A stretch of 56,055 nt of DNA from Coprococcus sp. (GTDB lineage: Bacteria; Bacillota; Clostridia; Lachnospirales; Lachnospiraceae): assembly GCA_051877705.1 (NCBI GenBank), contig JBJEJD010000086.1, positions 1 to 56,055 on the forward strand, written 5' to 3'. Shown piece after piece: positions 18,599 through 29,472 of the stretch. The translations under genes were made by a program, and so were the position numbers. Position 1 is the stretch's first letter. The number at the start of each line of letters is the position of its first letter. The notes below the pieces were generated by a model, which was given only the letters and a program-made list of their open reading frames with translations, had not been told where the DNA came from and did not search any database.

Positions 18599-19828
18599 AT
18601 GTCAGATAAGGACTATTCCAATATGGGGGAGCGGATCCAGTCAATGGTCGAGGATGCCGTATCTTCCATGGATTTTGAACAGCTGAACAAAAATATAACA
18701 GGCTCGATCCAGTCTGTTTTCGAAGAATTAAATATTGATCCCGATGCCGTCAAGGAAAAAGTTAGCCGTGTACAGGAATCTGCCGGGGTCCGGTATCATT
18801 ATGGTCCGGACAGGCAGCAGGGGAAGGAAAAGGCGGCCAGGACAGCCCAGACAACGGCGGTGGCAAAGTATACTAAAAATCCTCCGGGAACTGTGTCGGG
18901 CGTTCTGTGCACAGCTTTAGGCGGTGCTTTTACGGGTATATTCGGTCTTGCTACGGTGATCGTTGGGATGCTTGGAATGGCTATCCCGGGGTTTGCATTT
19001 GCAGGCAATATAGCTTTGGCCAGTATTGTACCGTTTCTGATTCTGTCAGTAATCGTTTTATGGCAAGGATTATCCATCAGAGGAAGAGTTAAGAGATTCC
19101 GTTCTTATGTCAATACCATCGGAAAAAGATCCTATTGTCAGATCAAAGAACTGGCTGCGGCAGTGGGCAGGAGTGAAAAATATGTGGCAAAGGATGTCCA
19201 GAAGATGATTGAGAATAAGTCATTTCTGAATGGACATATGGATGTGCAGAAGACCTGCCTGATGCTGGATGATAAGACTTATCAGCAGTATCTGGATACG
19301 CAGGCTGCCTATCAGCAGCGCATGCTGGAAGAGAAGAAGGTGCAGCAGTCTGACAGAGAAGTTTTTTCTGCATCGGGTATCGACAATCCGGAGCTGGTGA
19401 AGGCCATTGAGGAAGGCAACAGTTATATTATCCAGATTCGTCGTGCCAATGATGCAATACCGGGGGAAGAGATATCTGCCAAGCTTTTCCGGCTTGAAGC
19501 CCTGATCAAAAAGATATTTGAAGTGCTGAAGCAGAAACCGGATCAGCTTCCGAAGCTTCGCAAGTTTATGAATTATTATATGCCGACGACTTTGAAGCTG
19601 GTGAGAACCTATCAGGAACTGGATGCCCAGCAGGTTGAAGGGGATAATATCCGAAAGTCCAAGGCAGAGATTGAGAAGACACTGGATACCATCAACCTGG
19701 CTTATGAGAAGCTGCTGGACAGCTTTTTTGAGGATGCAGCCATGGATATCAGTACGGATATCACGGTGCTGGAGACCATGTTTGCCCAGGAGGGACTGAC
19801 AAAGAAGCATTTTGACAATGTGAGATAG
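18599..19828 (+). CDS. 5-bromo-4-chloroindolyl phosphate hydrolysis (XpaC-like) family membrane protein
   Basis: KFMNYYMPTTLKLV..Y..LD and DISTDITVLETMFAQEGL C-terminus; two hydrophobic segments; paired with telA. Confidence 0.78.
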   Translation: MSDKDYSNMGERIQSMVEDAVSSMDFEQLNKNITGSIQSVFEELNIDPDAVKEKVSRVQESAGVRYHYGPDRQQGKEKAARTAQTTAVAKYTKNPPGTVSGVLCTALGGAFTGIFGLATVIVGMLGMAIPGFAFAGNIALASIVPFLILSVIVLWQGLSIRGRVKRFRSYVNTIGKRSYCQIKELAAAVGRSEKYVAKDVQKMIENKSFLNGHMDVQKTCLMLDDKTYQQYLDTQAAYQQRMLEEKKVQQSDREVFSASGIDNPELVKAIEEGNSYIIQIRRANDAIPGEEISAKLFRLEALIKKIFEVLKQKPDQLPKLRKFMNYYMPTTLKLVRTYQELDAQQVEGDNIRKSKAEIEKTLDTINLAYEKLLDSFFEDAAMDISTDITVLETMFAQEGLTKKHFDNVR

Positions 19829-19839
19829 GGAGGAAAGAC

Positions 19840-20994
19840 ATGAGTGAAATAAAACTCGGCGAAGCGCCGACATTAACATTTGAACCTTTTAAAGAAGAAC
19901 CGCTGATGCCGGCGGAGACAGAGAAGGCAGAGACTCCGGCAGCCATTCCGGAATATGATGACAGCATGCTGAATGAAGATGAAAAAAAGATGGTCAGAGA
20001 TTTTGCGGCTCAGATCGATATTGCCAATTCTGCACAGGTTCTGCAGTATGGTGCGGGTGCCCAGCAGAAAGTAGCTGCTTTCTCGGAGAAAGCGCTGGAG
20101 AATGTAAGGACCAAAGATCTCGGAGAAGTGGGAGATATGATTTCCGGTGTTGTAACAGAGCTGAAGAGCTTTGACGTTGAAGAAGAAGAGAAGGGCTTTC
20201 TCGGTCTTTTTAAGAAGAATGTGAATAAGCTGACGGCCATGAAGGCAAAATATCAGAAGGCAGAGGCTAACGTCAATCAGATTGTGGAGGCACTGGAACA
20301 GCATCAGATCACGCTGATGAAGGATGTTGCTACACTGGATCAGCTCTATGAACTGAATAAAACCTATTATAAGGAACTGACGATGTATATTCTGGCGGGC
20401 AAGCAGAAGCTTCACGAGGTGGAGACGGTTCAGATACCGGCTCTTGCTGCAAAGGCACAGGCTTCGGGACTTCCAGAAGATGCACAGGCAGTCAGTGATC
20501 TGACAGCTCTGGCCAATCGTTTTGAGAAGAAGCTTCATGATCTGGAGCTGACAAGAGTCATCGCCATTCAGATGGCACCTCAGATTCGTTTGGTGCAGAA
20601 TAATGACACAATGATGTCAGACAAGATTCAGTCTACTATTGTCAATACCATCCCGCTTTGGAAGAGCCAGATGGTGATTGCCCTTGGTATTGCTCATTCG
20701 GAGCAGGCAGCAAAGGTTCAGAGGGAGGTATCCGATCTGACCAATGAGATGCTGAAGAAGAATGCTGACAGACTGAAGACGGCCTCTATTAATGTGGCAA
20801 AGGAATCAGAGAGGGGTATTGTAGATATTGAGACGCTCCAGACGACGAATCAGCAGCTGATTACAACATTGGATGAGGTATTGAAGATTCAGACAGAAGG
20901 CAGAGAAAAACGTCGTGCGGCAGAAGTGGAACTTCAGAAGATTGAAGGCGATCTGAAGGCGAAGCTTTTGGGTATGCGTGCCTCTGTACAATAA
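19840..20994 (+). CDS. telA: Toxic anion resistance protein (TelA/YaaN family)
   Basis: LQYGAGAQ, QMAPQIRLVQ, NTIPLWKSQMVIALG, ERGIVDIETL. Confidence 0.9.
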   Translation: MSEIKLGEAPTLTFEPFKEEPLMPAETEKAETPAAIPEYDDSMLNEDEKKMVRDFAAQIDIANSAQVLQYGAGAQQKVAAFSEKALENVRTKDLGEVGDMISGVVTELKSFDVEEEEKGFLGLFKKNVNKLTAMKAKYQKAEANVNQIVEALEQHQITLMKDVATLDQLYELNKTYYKELTMYILAGKQKLHEVETVQIPALAAKAQASGLPEDAQAVSDLTALANRFEKKLHDLELTRVIAIQMAPQIRLVQNNDTMMSDKIQSTIVNTIPLWKSQMVIALGIAHSEQAAKVQREVSDLTNEMLKKNADRLKTASINVAKESERGIVDIETLQTTNQQLITTLDEVLKIQTEGREKRRAAEVELQKIEGDLKAKLLGMRASVQ

Positions 20995-21074
20995 CAGAGT
21001 ATCTATGGGCAGGGCAGTTCCGTGACAGCAGAGCTGTCCTGTTATGATAATAGAAGCGGGAGGATGAAGGCTGT

Positions 21075-22196
21075 ATGGCTACAGAACAGATCTTACAGGA
21101 GATGGCAGAGCTGGTGACAGCCTGGTACCGGCAGAATGGACGGGATCTACCGTGGCGACGGACAAGGAATCCTTATGATATATGGATCAGTGAAATTATG
21201 CTGCAGCAGACACAGGTGGATACGGTAAAACCCTATTATGAGAGATTTATTCGTACGCTTCCTACCGTGGGTGACCTTGCAGCAGCTGATCAGACGACAG
21301 TCTACAAGTTATGGGAAGGACTGGGTTATTACAGAAGAGCCAGCCACCTTCAGGAAGCGGCCAGGACTGTAATGGATGAATATCAGGGAATATTTCCCCG
21401 CACTTATGAGGAATTAATCGGACTGAAGGGGATTGGTATGTATACGGCCAGCGCCATAGCAAGTATTGCTTATGGCATTCCAAAGGGTGTTGTGGATGGC
21501 AATACGCTGAGAATCATTGCCCGTGTTTTTAACCGTGAGGATAATATTGCCCTGCAGAAGACAAAGAATGAATTCGGGAAGGTCATGGATGCCATCATCG
21601 CTTATGCAGATCCCTCGGCTTTCAATCAGGGGATGATGGATCTGGGAGCTATGGTCTGTACACCGCTCAGGCCGGAATGCAGTCACTGTCCGCTGAATTC
21701 TCTCTGTGAGGGATATAAAAAGCAAACAGCCGGACGTCTGCCGGTTAATATTAAAAAAATTAATAAATCGGTCATTGAGTATATGACAGTTGTCCTTCAG
21801 AATGAAAACCGGTATTTTATGATACAGAATGAGGGCAGTCTTCTGGAGAACCTGTACGGATTTGTACAGTATGAATGTGACACACCTTCAGAATTCGAAC
21901 AGCTCTTTTTCGAACAATTTGGAATCAGAATCCGTCTGACGGATTACATCCGGGATGTCAAACACGTATTCACCCACCGTGAATGGCGGATGCATATCTA
22001 CGTTGCTGAACTGACAACAGAGGGAATATCCGTATCGGAGCATGTGAATGTACCGGATGCTTCACGATCTGCGAAGGGAAGATTCTATTGTCCTGAAGAA
22101 ATCGAACAGCTTCCCGTATCCACAGCCCATTTAAAGGTATTAAAAGCCTACCTGAAAGCAGTAAATGACGGTCAGAGAAGGAGGTTTTGTGAATGA
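21075..22196 (+). CDS. mutY: A/G-specific adenine glycosylase
   Basis: RDLPWR, WISEIMLQQT, WEGLGYY, HhH LKGIGMYTA, VDGN, C-x6-C-x2-C-x5-C Fe-S motif, HVFTH. Confidence 0.95.
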   Translation: MATEQILQEMAELVTAWYRQNGRDLPWRRTRNPYDIWISEIMLQQTQVDTVKPYYERFIRTLPTVGDLAAADQTTVYKLWEGLGYYRRASHLQEAARTVMDEYQGIFPRTYEELIGLKGIGMYTASAIASIAYGIPKGVVDGNTLRIIARVFNREDNIALQKTKNEFGKVMDAIIAYADPSAFNQGMMDLGAMVCTPLRPECSHCPLNSLCEGYKKQTAGRLPVNIKKINKSVIEYMTVVLQNENRYFMIQNEGSLLENLYGFVQYECDTPSEFEQLFFEQFGIRIRLTDYIRDVKHVFTHREWRMHIYVAELTTEGISVSEHVNVPDASRSAKGRFYCPEEIEQLPVSTAHLKVLKAYLKAVNDGQRRRFCE

Positions 22197-23203
22197 GTAT
22201 CAGAGAAGAACAGGAAGCCTGGGAAAAGACTTATCTAAGTCCTTATGCGTCTTTGAGCAGTGAATCCCTGGGGAGGGACCGTGAAGAAGCTCCCTGTGAT
22301 ATAAGGCCTGTATATCAGAGAGACCGGGATCGGATACTGCATTCCAAATCCTTTCGGAGAATGAAACATAAGACCCAGGTTTTTCTTGCACCGAGGGGAG
22401 ATCATTACAGAACCAGACTTACACATACTCTGGAGGTATCACAGATTGCCAGGACTATTGCGCGGGCACTGCGGCTGAATGAGGATCTGACAGAGGCCAT
22501 TGCCCTTGGTCATGATCTTGGTCATGCGCCTTTCGGTCATGCGGGTGAAGCGGTTCTGAATGAGATCTGCCCGGAGGGGTTCAAACATTACATACAGAGT
22601 GTTCGTGTGGTGGAAGTCCTTGAGAAGGATGGGCGGGGACTGAATCTGACAAAAGAAGTACGTGATGGTATGATGAATCATTCCACGTCACGGATGCCCA
22701 TGACACTGGAGGGCAAAGTAGTTCGTTTGGCGGATAAGATCGCCTATATTAACCATGATATTGATGATGCCATCAGGGGAAAGATCATTACGGAATCAGA
22801 ACTGCCGGAGCATTATACAGATGTGTTGGGTAATGATTCAAAAACAAGGCTGAATACATTGATTCATGATGTCATTATGAACAGCATGGGTCAGCCGGAT
22901 ATTATGATGTCTGCCAATGTGGAGGAAGCAATGCTGGGCATGAGAAGTTATATGTTCAAACATGTCTATACGAATCCAAAGGCAAAGAATCAGGAAACAA
23001 AGGCTCAGGACCTGCTCCGACAGCTTTATGAACATTATATGAAATATCCTGATCAGATGCCGTCAGAATATCTGCGGCTGATGAGGGAAGGAAATTATAC
23101 AAAAGAGAGAGTTGTCTGCGATTATATAGCGGGGATGACTGACCAGTATACAATTGAGATTTATGAGGAACTTTATATTCCAAAGGCATGGAAGATTTAC
23201 TAG
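22193..23203 (+). CDS. dgt: Deoxyguanosinetriphosphate triphosphohydrolase-like protein
   Basis: RDRDRILHSKSFRR.KHKTQV, RTRLTH, GHDLGH.PFGH.GE, DYIAGMTD. Confidence 0.93.
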   Translation: MSIREEQEAWEKTYLSPYASLSSESLGRDREEAPCDIRPVYQRDRDRILHSKSFRRMKHKTQVFLAPRGDHYRTRLTHTLEVSQIARTIARALRLNEDLTEAIALGHDLGHAPFGHAGEAVLNEICPEGFKHYIQSVRVVEVLEKDGRGLNLTKEVRDGMMNHSTSRMPMTLEGKVVRLADKIAYINHDIDDAIRGKIITESELPEHYTDVLGNDSKTRLNTLIHDVIMNSMGQPDIMMSANVEEAMLGMRSYMFKHVYTNPKAKNQETKAQDLLRQLYEHYMKYPDQMPSEYLRLMREGNYTKERVVCDYIAGMTDQYTIEIYEELYIPKAWKIY

Positions 23204-23219
23204 AAGGACGTGACAAAAG

Positions 23220-25001
23220 ATGTATTATCCGGATGATGTGGTTGAGGAAGTACGAAGCCGCAATAATATAGTTGATGTGATCGGAGGTTATGTCCGTTTG
23301 CAGAAAAAGGGAAATTCCTATTTCGGACTTTGCCCGTTTCATAATGAAAAATCGCCTTCATTTTCTGTAAGCCCCAATAAACAGATGTATTACTGCTTCG
23401 GATGCGGGGCAGGGGGCAATGTGTTTACTTTTATTATGGAATATGAGAATGAGACTTTTCCGGAGGCCATGAAGACACTGGCGGAGAGGGCCGGTATGAC
23501 ATTGCCGGAGATGGAACTGACAGAGGAACAAAAGGCTGAGAAGAATAAACGTCAGATATTGCTTGAAATCAACAAGTTGGCTGCCCGATATTTTTATTAT
23601 CAGCTGAGCAGTGAGCAGGGACAGCAGGCGAGGGATTATCTGGATGGACGTGCCCTTTCCAAAGAGACTCAGGTTCGTTTTGGACTTGGTTATGCCAGCA
23701 AATACAGTAATGATCTGTATCTTTTTCTGAAAAAAAAGGGCTATTCAGATCAGTTGCTGAGAGAATCAGGATTGATCACCTTTGATGAAAAAAGGGGAGC
23801 CCATGATAAATTCTGGAATCGTGTCATGTTTCCGATTATGGATGTCAATAATAAAGTGATTGGTTTTGGTGGTCGGGTTATGGGAGACGGAACACCAAAA
23901 TATCTGAATTCGCCGGAGACCATACTTTTTGATAAGAGCAGGAATCTTTATGGACTGAATTATGCCAGAACTTCAAGAAAATCCTATATGATCATCTGTG
24001 AGGGGTACATGGATGTAATTGCCATGCATCAGGCCGGATTTACCAATGCAGTAGCTTCGCTGGGAACGGCATTTACGACACAGCACAGTGTCCTGCTGAA
24101 GAGGTATACTCAGGAAGTACGTCTGGCTTATGATAGTGACGGTGCGGGTCAGAAGGCAGCTTTAAGAGCCATTCCGATTTTGAAGTCCGCAGGAATCAAT
24201 GTGAGGATCATTCATATGGATCCTTACAAAGACCCTGATGAATTTATCAAAAATCTGGGTGTGGATGCATTTCAGGAGAGAATTGATGCGGCTGAAAGCA
24301 GTTTCATGTTTGAAATCTCCGTATTGGAGAAGAATTATAAACAGTCGGATCCCGAGGGGCGTGCGTCATTTATGAAAGCGGCAGCCAGAAAGCTGCTTGA
24401 ATTTCCCCAGGAGCTGGAACGCAATATTTATATTGATGCCATTGCCGGCAAGTATGGTATTGCTTCAGAGGCATTGCGTAAAATGGTCAACAGCTTTGGT
24501 GCGTCCATGAGCCGTGAACAGGTGGAATCAGCGATTTATCAGCAGCAGGAGAGGGAAACAGCACCGGTCAGAAAGCGGCAGGAAAAGGAAGATAGTGTGC
24601 TGACAGCTCAAAAGCTTCTGTTGACATGGCTTACCTCTGATCCGTCCCTTTTTGAGAAGATCGACGGTATTATAAGTGAAGAAGATTTTGTGGAACCTGT
24701 GTATCATAGGGCAGCTGAGCTTGTTTTTGATGAATACCGACAGACAGGGAATGTAACGCCGGCCAGAATATTGAATCAGTTTGAAGATATAGAAGAACAG
24801 AAGACAGTAGCATCTCTGTTTAATACAAAATTAAAGACAGATGATGATCCGGCCATCAGAGAAAAGGCCCTCAACGAAACGGTGCTGCGTATTCGCAGGA
24901 ACAGTCTGGATATGGCAAGCCGCAGTGTGAAAAATCCTGATGATCTGCAGCGGATCATTCGTGAAAAGGCGAAGCTTCAGAAACTGCATATTTCTCTTTA
25001 A
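23220..25001 (+). CDS. dnaG: DNA primase
   Basis: CPFH..CFGC zinc finger, KYLNSPET, EGYMDV, YDSDGAG, KDPDE. Confidence 0.97.
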   Translation: MYYPDDVVEEVRSRNNIVDVIGGYVRLQKKGNSYFGLCPFHNEKSPSFSVSPNKQMYYCFGCGAGGNVFTFIMEYENETFPEAMKTLAERAGMTLPEMELTEEQKAEKNKRQILLEINKLAARYFYYQLSSEQGQQARDYLDGRALSKETQVRFGLGYASKYSNDLYLFLKKKGYSDQLLRESGLITFDEKRGAHDKFWNRVMFPIMDVNNKVIGFGGRVMGDGTPKYLNSPETILFDKSRNLYGLNYARTSRKSYMIICEGYMDVIAMHQAGFTNAVASLGTAFTTQHSVLLKRYTQEVRLAYDSDGAGQKAALRAIPILKSAGINVRIIHMDPYKDPDEFIKNLGVDAFQERIDAAESSFMFEISVLEKNYKQSDPEGRASFMKAAARKLLEFPQELERNIYIDAIAGKYGIASEALRKMVNSFGASMSREQVESAIYQQQERETAPVRKRQEKEDSVLTAQKLLLTWLTSDPSLFEKIDGIISEEDFVEPVYHRAAELVFDEYRQTGNVTPARILNQFEDIEEQKTVASLFNTKLKTDDDPAIREKALNETVLRIRRNSLDMASRSVKNPDDLQRIIREKAKLQKLHISL

Positions 25002-25039
25002 AAACGGAAAACTACTAAAAACGACCCGGAGGAAAATAA

Positions 25040-26140
25040 ATGGACGAGAATTTGATTCTTTTTATGGATAAATTAAAACAGCTGCTTCCTTTTGCAAAAG
25101 AAAAGGAAAATGAGCTGACAGCGGAGATGATCAATGATTTTTTCACCGGTATCGAACTGACAGAAGATCAGATTGAGAAGGTTTATGATTATCTGGAATC
25201 GAATGGAATATTTGTGGAGCATCGCGGCAGTGAGCCGGATAGACGGATGCTGGAAGAAACAGAGGACGATGACATAGATCCCAACGATATTTCTGTGCCG
25301 GAAGGTGTCAGCATGGACGATCCGGTACGTATGTATCTGAAAGAAATCGGTAATATTCCTCTTTTGACGGCAGAAGAGGAGATTCAATTGTCAAAAGAGC
25401 TGGAGGAAGGCAGCAGGGAAGCCGGCCATAAATTGGCGGAGTCAAATCTGCGGTTGGTGGTCAGTATTGCCAAACGGTACATGGGCAGAGGCATGCAGTT
25501 CCTTGATCTGATACAGGAGGGGAATGTCGGCCTTATCAAAGCTGTTGAAAAATATGATTATACCAAAGGATATAAATTCAGTACCTATGCTACATGGTGG
25601 ATTCGTCAGGCAATCACCCGTGCCATTGCGGATCAGGCAAGGACGATCCGTATACCTGTGCATATGGTTGAGACTATGAATAAGATCACGAAAGCTCAGA
25701 AAACGCTGACCCAGGAGCTTGGACGGGATCCGTCCATTGAAGAACTGGCAAAGGATGTCAATATGACTGTGGACAGAGTAAGGGATGTCATGAGACTGGC
25801 ACAGGAGACGGTTTCTCTGGAAAAACCGGTGGGAGATGAGGATGAAAGCCATCTGGGTGATTTTATCGAAGATTCCAATGCGCCGGAGCCATCTGATGAG
25901 GCGGCTTTTACTCAGCTGAAGGATGATATCGGGACGATTCTGGGCAAATTGAATGAACGGGAGCAGAAGGTTTTGCGCATGCGTTTCGGTCTGGATGACG
26001 GCCACGAGCGGACCCTGGAGGAAGTAGGAAAGGAACTGAATGTAACCCGGGAACGGATTCGTCAGATTGAGGCAAAAGCATTGCGCAAGCTGCGTCAATC
26101 AGGAAAAATGGCAGGTCTGGAAGGCTATCTGAATCAGTGA
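25040..26140 (+). CDS. rpoD: RNA polymerase primary sigma factor
   Basis: [69 protein letters not shown]; follows dnaG. Confidence 0.95.
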   Translation: MDENLILFMDKLKQLLPFAKEKENELTAEMINDFFTGIELTEDQIEKVYDYLESNGIFVEHRGSEPDRRMLEETEDDDIDPNDISVPEGVSMDDPVRMYLKEIGNIPLLTAEEEIQLSKELEEGSREAGHKLAESNLRLVVSIAKRYMGRGMQFLDLIQEGNVGLIKAVEKYDYTKGYKFSTYATWWIRQAITRAIADQARTIRIPVHMVETMNKITKAQKTLTQELGRDPSIEELAKDVNMTVDRVRDVMRLAQETVSLEKPVGDEDESHLGDFIEDSNAPEPSDEAAFTQLKDDIGTILGKLNEREQKVLRMRFGLDDGHERTLEEVGKELNVTRERIRQIEAKALRKLRQSGKMAGLEGYLNQ

Positions 26141-26154
26141 GTGGGGTGAAAAAG

Positions 26155-26862
26155 ATGCAGTTATCAGGTAGAATGCAGGCAGTGGCAGAGATGGTAACTC
26201 CTGGAGGAGTTGTGGCGGATATCGGTACGGATCATGGCTATGTGCCGATTTATCTGGTTCAGCACGGAATTGCCACGGGAGCAATTGCCATGGATGTGCG
26301 TCCGGGACCTTTGTCCCATGCAAGGGCCAATATTGAAAAATATGGCCTTGGAGAACATATTGTTACAAGGATTTCCGACGGCCTTCACAGTCTGGAAGCT
26401 GACGAGGCAGACACAGTGGTGATTGCCGGCATGGGCGGGCTTTTAATGGTACGTATACTGGAAGAAGGGCTGGAGATACTTCAGACAGTCAGGGAATGTA
26501 TTCTGCAGCCTCAGTCCGATGTGGACAGTGTCAGGCTTTTTCTGCATGAACATGGTTTTTGTATTGTACAGGAAAATATGGTCATTGATGACGGCAAATA
26601 TTATGTGATGATGAAAGTTGTACATGGTACGGATCAGGAATATGATGCTGCTGATAATCTGTATGGAAAGATACTGATTGACAATGCCCACCCGGTGCTT
26701 AAGGCCTATCTTGAAAAGGAGGATGCTTTCATGGAGAAAATCATGGAGAGACTTGCGGAAAATGCCACTGATAAAAGCAGGCGCCGTCTGGAAGAACTGG
26801 AATGTTCGAGAAAGCTTGTCATGGAAGCACTTGAGAGAATGACACTTCATATAAATACATAA
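26155..26862 (+). CDS. trmK: tRNA (adenine22-N1)-methyltransferase
   Basis: VADIGTDHGYVPI, IAGMGG, ILQPQS; conserved position after sigA. Confidence 0.9.
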   Translation: MQLSGRMQAVAEMVTPGGVVADIGTDHGYVPIYLVQHGIATGAIAMDVRPGPLSHARANIEKYGLGEHIVTRISDGLHSLEADEADTVVIAGMGGLLMVRILEEGLEILQTVRECILQPQSDVDSVRLFLHEHGFCIVQENMVIDDGKYYVMMKVVHGTDQEYDAADNLYGKILIDNAHPVLKAYLEKEDAFMEKIMERLAENATDKSRRRLEELECSRKLVMEALERMTLHINT

Positions 26863-26891
26863 AGAGACGGTTTTAAAGATTGGAGAATAAA

Positions 26892-27674
26892 ATGAAAACA
26901 CATGAATTCATAAAGGTACTGGATGAGCTGGCACCGCCGGAGTATGCGGAAAGCTGGGATAATGTGGGACTGCTGGAGGGCAGTTTGGACAGAGAGGTTC
27001 ATAAAGTTTATATTGCTCTGGATGCTGATGGTACAGCTGTACAGAATGCTGTCAGAGAAGGGTGCGATATGATAGTGACGCATCACCCGCTGCTTTTTTC
27101 AGCTATAAAATCTATCCGTGAAGATGATTTTATCGGCCGGCGTCTCCTTATGATGATAGAGAATCGAATCAATTATTTTGCTATGCATACGAACTTTGAT
27201 GTGGCGGTCATGGCTGATCTTGCGGCTGATTATCTGAAATTGAAACATGTTGCGCCGCTGGCCATGTTGCGTGAAACTGCCGGAGGGCCAAAGGGGATCG
27301 GATGTGTGGGTGAGTTTGAGAACCATATAACGCTGTCTGACCTGGCAGCCTGTGTCAAAAATGTATTTGATCTTCCACAGGTACGTTATTATGGTGATCC
27401 TCATGGGGTTATTGAGAAAATAGCCATGTGTCCGGGCTCAGGAAAAGGGATGGATCAGGATGCACTGGCTTCAGGAGCGCAGGTATTGATTACAGGTGAT
27501 GTGGATCATCATTATGGTCTGGATTGTGTGGAGAAGGGATTATGGGTCATTGATGCGGGACATCATGGTCTGGAGCATATTTTTGTAGCGTTTATGAAAC
27601 AATGGCTGTCAGAAAGATTTCCTGAACTGGAGATTATTACTGATAGAAATGATTCTCCGTTTCGTGTAGTCTGA
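26892..27674 (+). CDS. Nif3-like dinuclear metal centre protein
   Basis: WDNVGL, THHPLLF, MHTNFD, CPGSG, IDAGHHGLE. Confidence 0.92.
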   Translation: MKTHEFIKVLDELAPPEYAESWDNVGLLEGSLDREVHKVYIALDADGTAVQNAVREGCDMIVTHHPLLFSAIKSIREDDFIGRRLLMMIENRINYFAMHTNFDVAVMADLAADYLKLKHVAPLAMLRETAGGPKGIGCVGEFENHITLSDLAACVKNVFDLPQVRYYGDPHGVIEKIAMCPGSGKGMDQDALASGAQVLITGDVDHHYGLDCVEKGLWVIDAGHHGLEHIFVAFMKQWLSERFPELEIITDRNDSPFRVV

Positions 27675-27762
27675 TAATTTACGGCAGTCTGCTGGAACAG
27701 GGATATGCTATATCCCTCAGTGGAACCGGTGGTTTTGAGTATAATGAGGAAAGGGGTATATA

Positions 27763-29427
27763 ATGGCGCAGAAGGTACATTTGACGATAGGAGGACAATG
27801 TTATGAATATTACCCGGGAGTTAGTCTCTACAATGTGAGCCGTGATTTCCGGAAGAATTATCCTTATGATATCATACTGGCACGTGTTAACGGTAAGCTG
27901 GCAGAACTGTCACAGTCTATGGAGCGGGATGCGTCTGTTGAATTTGTGACTACAGGAGATATTACAGGTAACGAAGCATACAGAAGGACAGCCACTTTGG
28001 TTATGTTGAAGGCATTTGAGGATGTGCTGGGTAAAGGTAATATCAGAAAGCTGACGGTTCAGTATTCGCTGGATAAGGGATACTATTGCGAATTGGATGC
28101 CAATATATCTCTGACGCAGGAGCTTCTGGAACAGATCAAGAGTCAGATGAAGGCTATCGTGGATGAGAAGATAGACATTATAAAAAAAGAAATCCCTAAA
28201 AGGGAGGCACTGGATATCTTCAGAGAATGCGGTATGTATGATAAGGTCAATCTTTTCCGTTTCAGACGGAGTTCTACAGTTAATATCTATATGCTGGATG
28301 ACACGGTTGATTATTTCTATGGGTTTATGGCACCGAATACTTCTTATATCCGATATTTTGATCTGTATTTGTATGATGAGGGATTTGTGCTGCAGCTGCC
28401 GGAACATGAAGCTCCGGAGATCGTAGATGATTTTGAGCCGCCGGCAAAATTATTCCAGGTGTTGAAGCAGTCTACCCGCTGGGGAGAACTGCTGGATGTG
28501 CGTACAGTGGCAGATATCAATCAGACGATTGCGGATGGAGGATTTTTCCAGCTGATGCTTGTGCAGGAGGCTTTACAGGAAAAGAAGATTGCCGAAATTG
28601 CAGAGGCGATTGTGGATACGGGAAAACGTATCGTGCTGATTGCGGGACCATCATCTTCCGGAAAAACAACATTTTCACATCGTTTGTCTATTCAGTTAAA
28701 AGCTCACGGGCTGCGGCCTCATCCAATTCCGGTAGATAATTATTTTGTGGACAGGGATAAAACGCCGTTAGATGAGGATGGCAAGCCGAATTTTGAGAGT
28801 CTTGGAGCATTGGATACGGAAGAACTGAATCGGGATATCCAGGAATTGCTGGAAGGAAAAGAAGTGGAGCTGCCGGTATTCAATTTTGTGACAGGGAAGA
28901 GGGAAGCCAGTGGACAGATGCTGCAGATTGGCAGCAGGGATGTCCTTGTGATTGAAGGTATTCATGCTTTAAATGATGCCATGACTTTTTCGATAGCAAA
29001 GGAAAATAAATTCAAGATTTATATCAGCGCTCTGACCCAGTTGAATATCGATGAGCATAACAGGATTCCTACAACAGAGGCCAGACTGATTCGCCGTCTG
29101 GTGCGTGATGCTGCCAGGAGAGGAACCAATGCAGCCCGGACTATTTCAATGTGGCAGTCTGTGCGTAAGGGAGAGGAAGAAAATATATTCCCATATCAGG
29201 AAGAATGTGATGTTATGTTCAATTCTGCCCTGATATATGAACTGGCTGTACTGAAACAATATGCAGAACCATTGCTGTTTTCTGTAAAACCGGATCAGCC
29301 GGAGTATGAGGAGGCAAGACATCTGTTGAAATTCCTGAACTATTTCCTGGGCGTCAGCAGCGAAAACATCCCGAATAACTCCATCATACGGGAATTCATC
29401 GGCGGCAGCTGTTTCAATGTCGGATAA
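27763..29427 (+). CDS. Uridine/nucleoside kinase fused to a ThrRS N-terminal-like (TGS/editing-like) region
   Basis: P-loop AGPSSSGKTT, IEGIHALN, LIRRLVRD; N-terminus similar to ThrRS N1/N2. Confidence 0.82.
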   Translation: MAQKVHLTIGGQCYEYYPGVSLYNVSRDFRKNYPYDIILARVNGKLAELSQSMERDASVEFVTTGDITGNEAYRRTATLVMLKAFEDVLGKGNIRKLTVQYSLDKGYYCELDANISLTQELLEQIKSQMKAIVDEKIDIIKKEIPKREALDIFRECGMYDKVNLFRFRRSSTVNIYMLDDTVDYFYGFMAPNTSYIRYFDLYLYDEGFVLQLPEHEAPEIVDDFEPPAKLFQVLKQSTRWGELLDVRTVADINQTIADGGFFQLMLVQEALQEKKIAEIAEAIVDTGKRIVLIAGPSSSGKTTFSHRLSIQLKAHGLRPHPIPVDNYFVDRDKTPLDEDGKPNFESLGALDTEELNRDIQELLEGKEVELPVFNFVTGKREASGQMLQIGSRDVLVIEGIHALNDAMTFSIAKENKFKIYISALTQLNIDEHNRIPTTEARLIRRLVRDAARRGTNAARTISMWQSVRKGEEENIFPYQEECDVMFNSALIYELAVLKQYAEPLLFSVKPDQPEYEEARHLLKFLNYFLGVSSENIPNNSIIREFIGGSCFNVG

Positions 29428-29436
29428 AATTTAAGG

Positions 29437-29465
29437 TTTACTTTTTGTTCGGAACATGGTATGAT
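29437..29465 (+). promoter_or_regulatory. Promoter of rnpB
   Basis: TTTACT-17 bp-TATGAT with extended -10 TG, 7 nt before the RNA. Confidence 0.65.
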
Positions 29466-29472
29466 ACGCATT

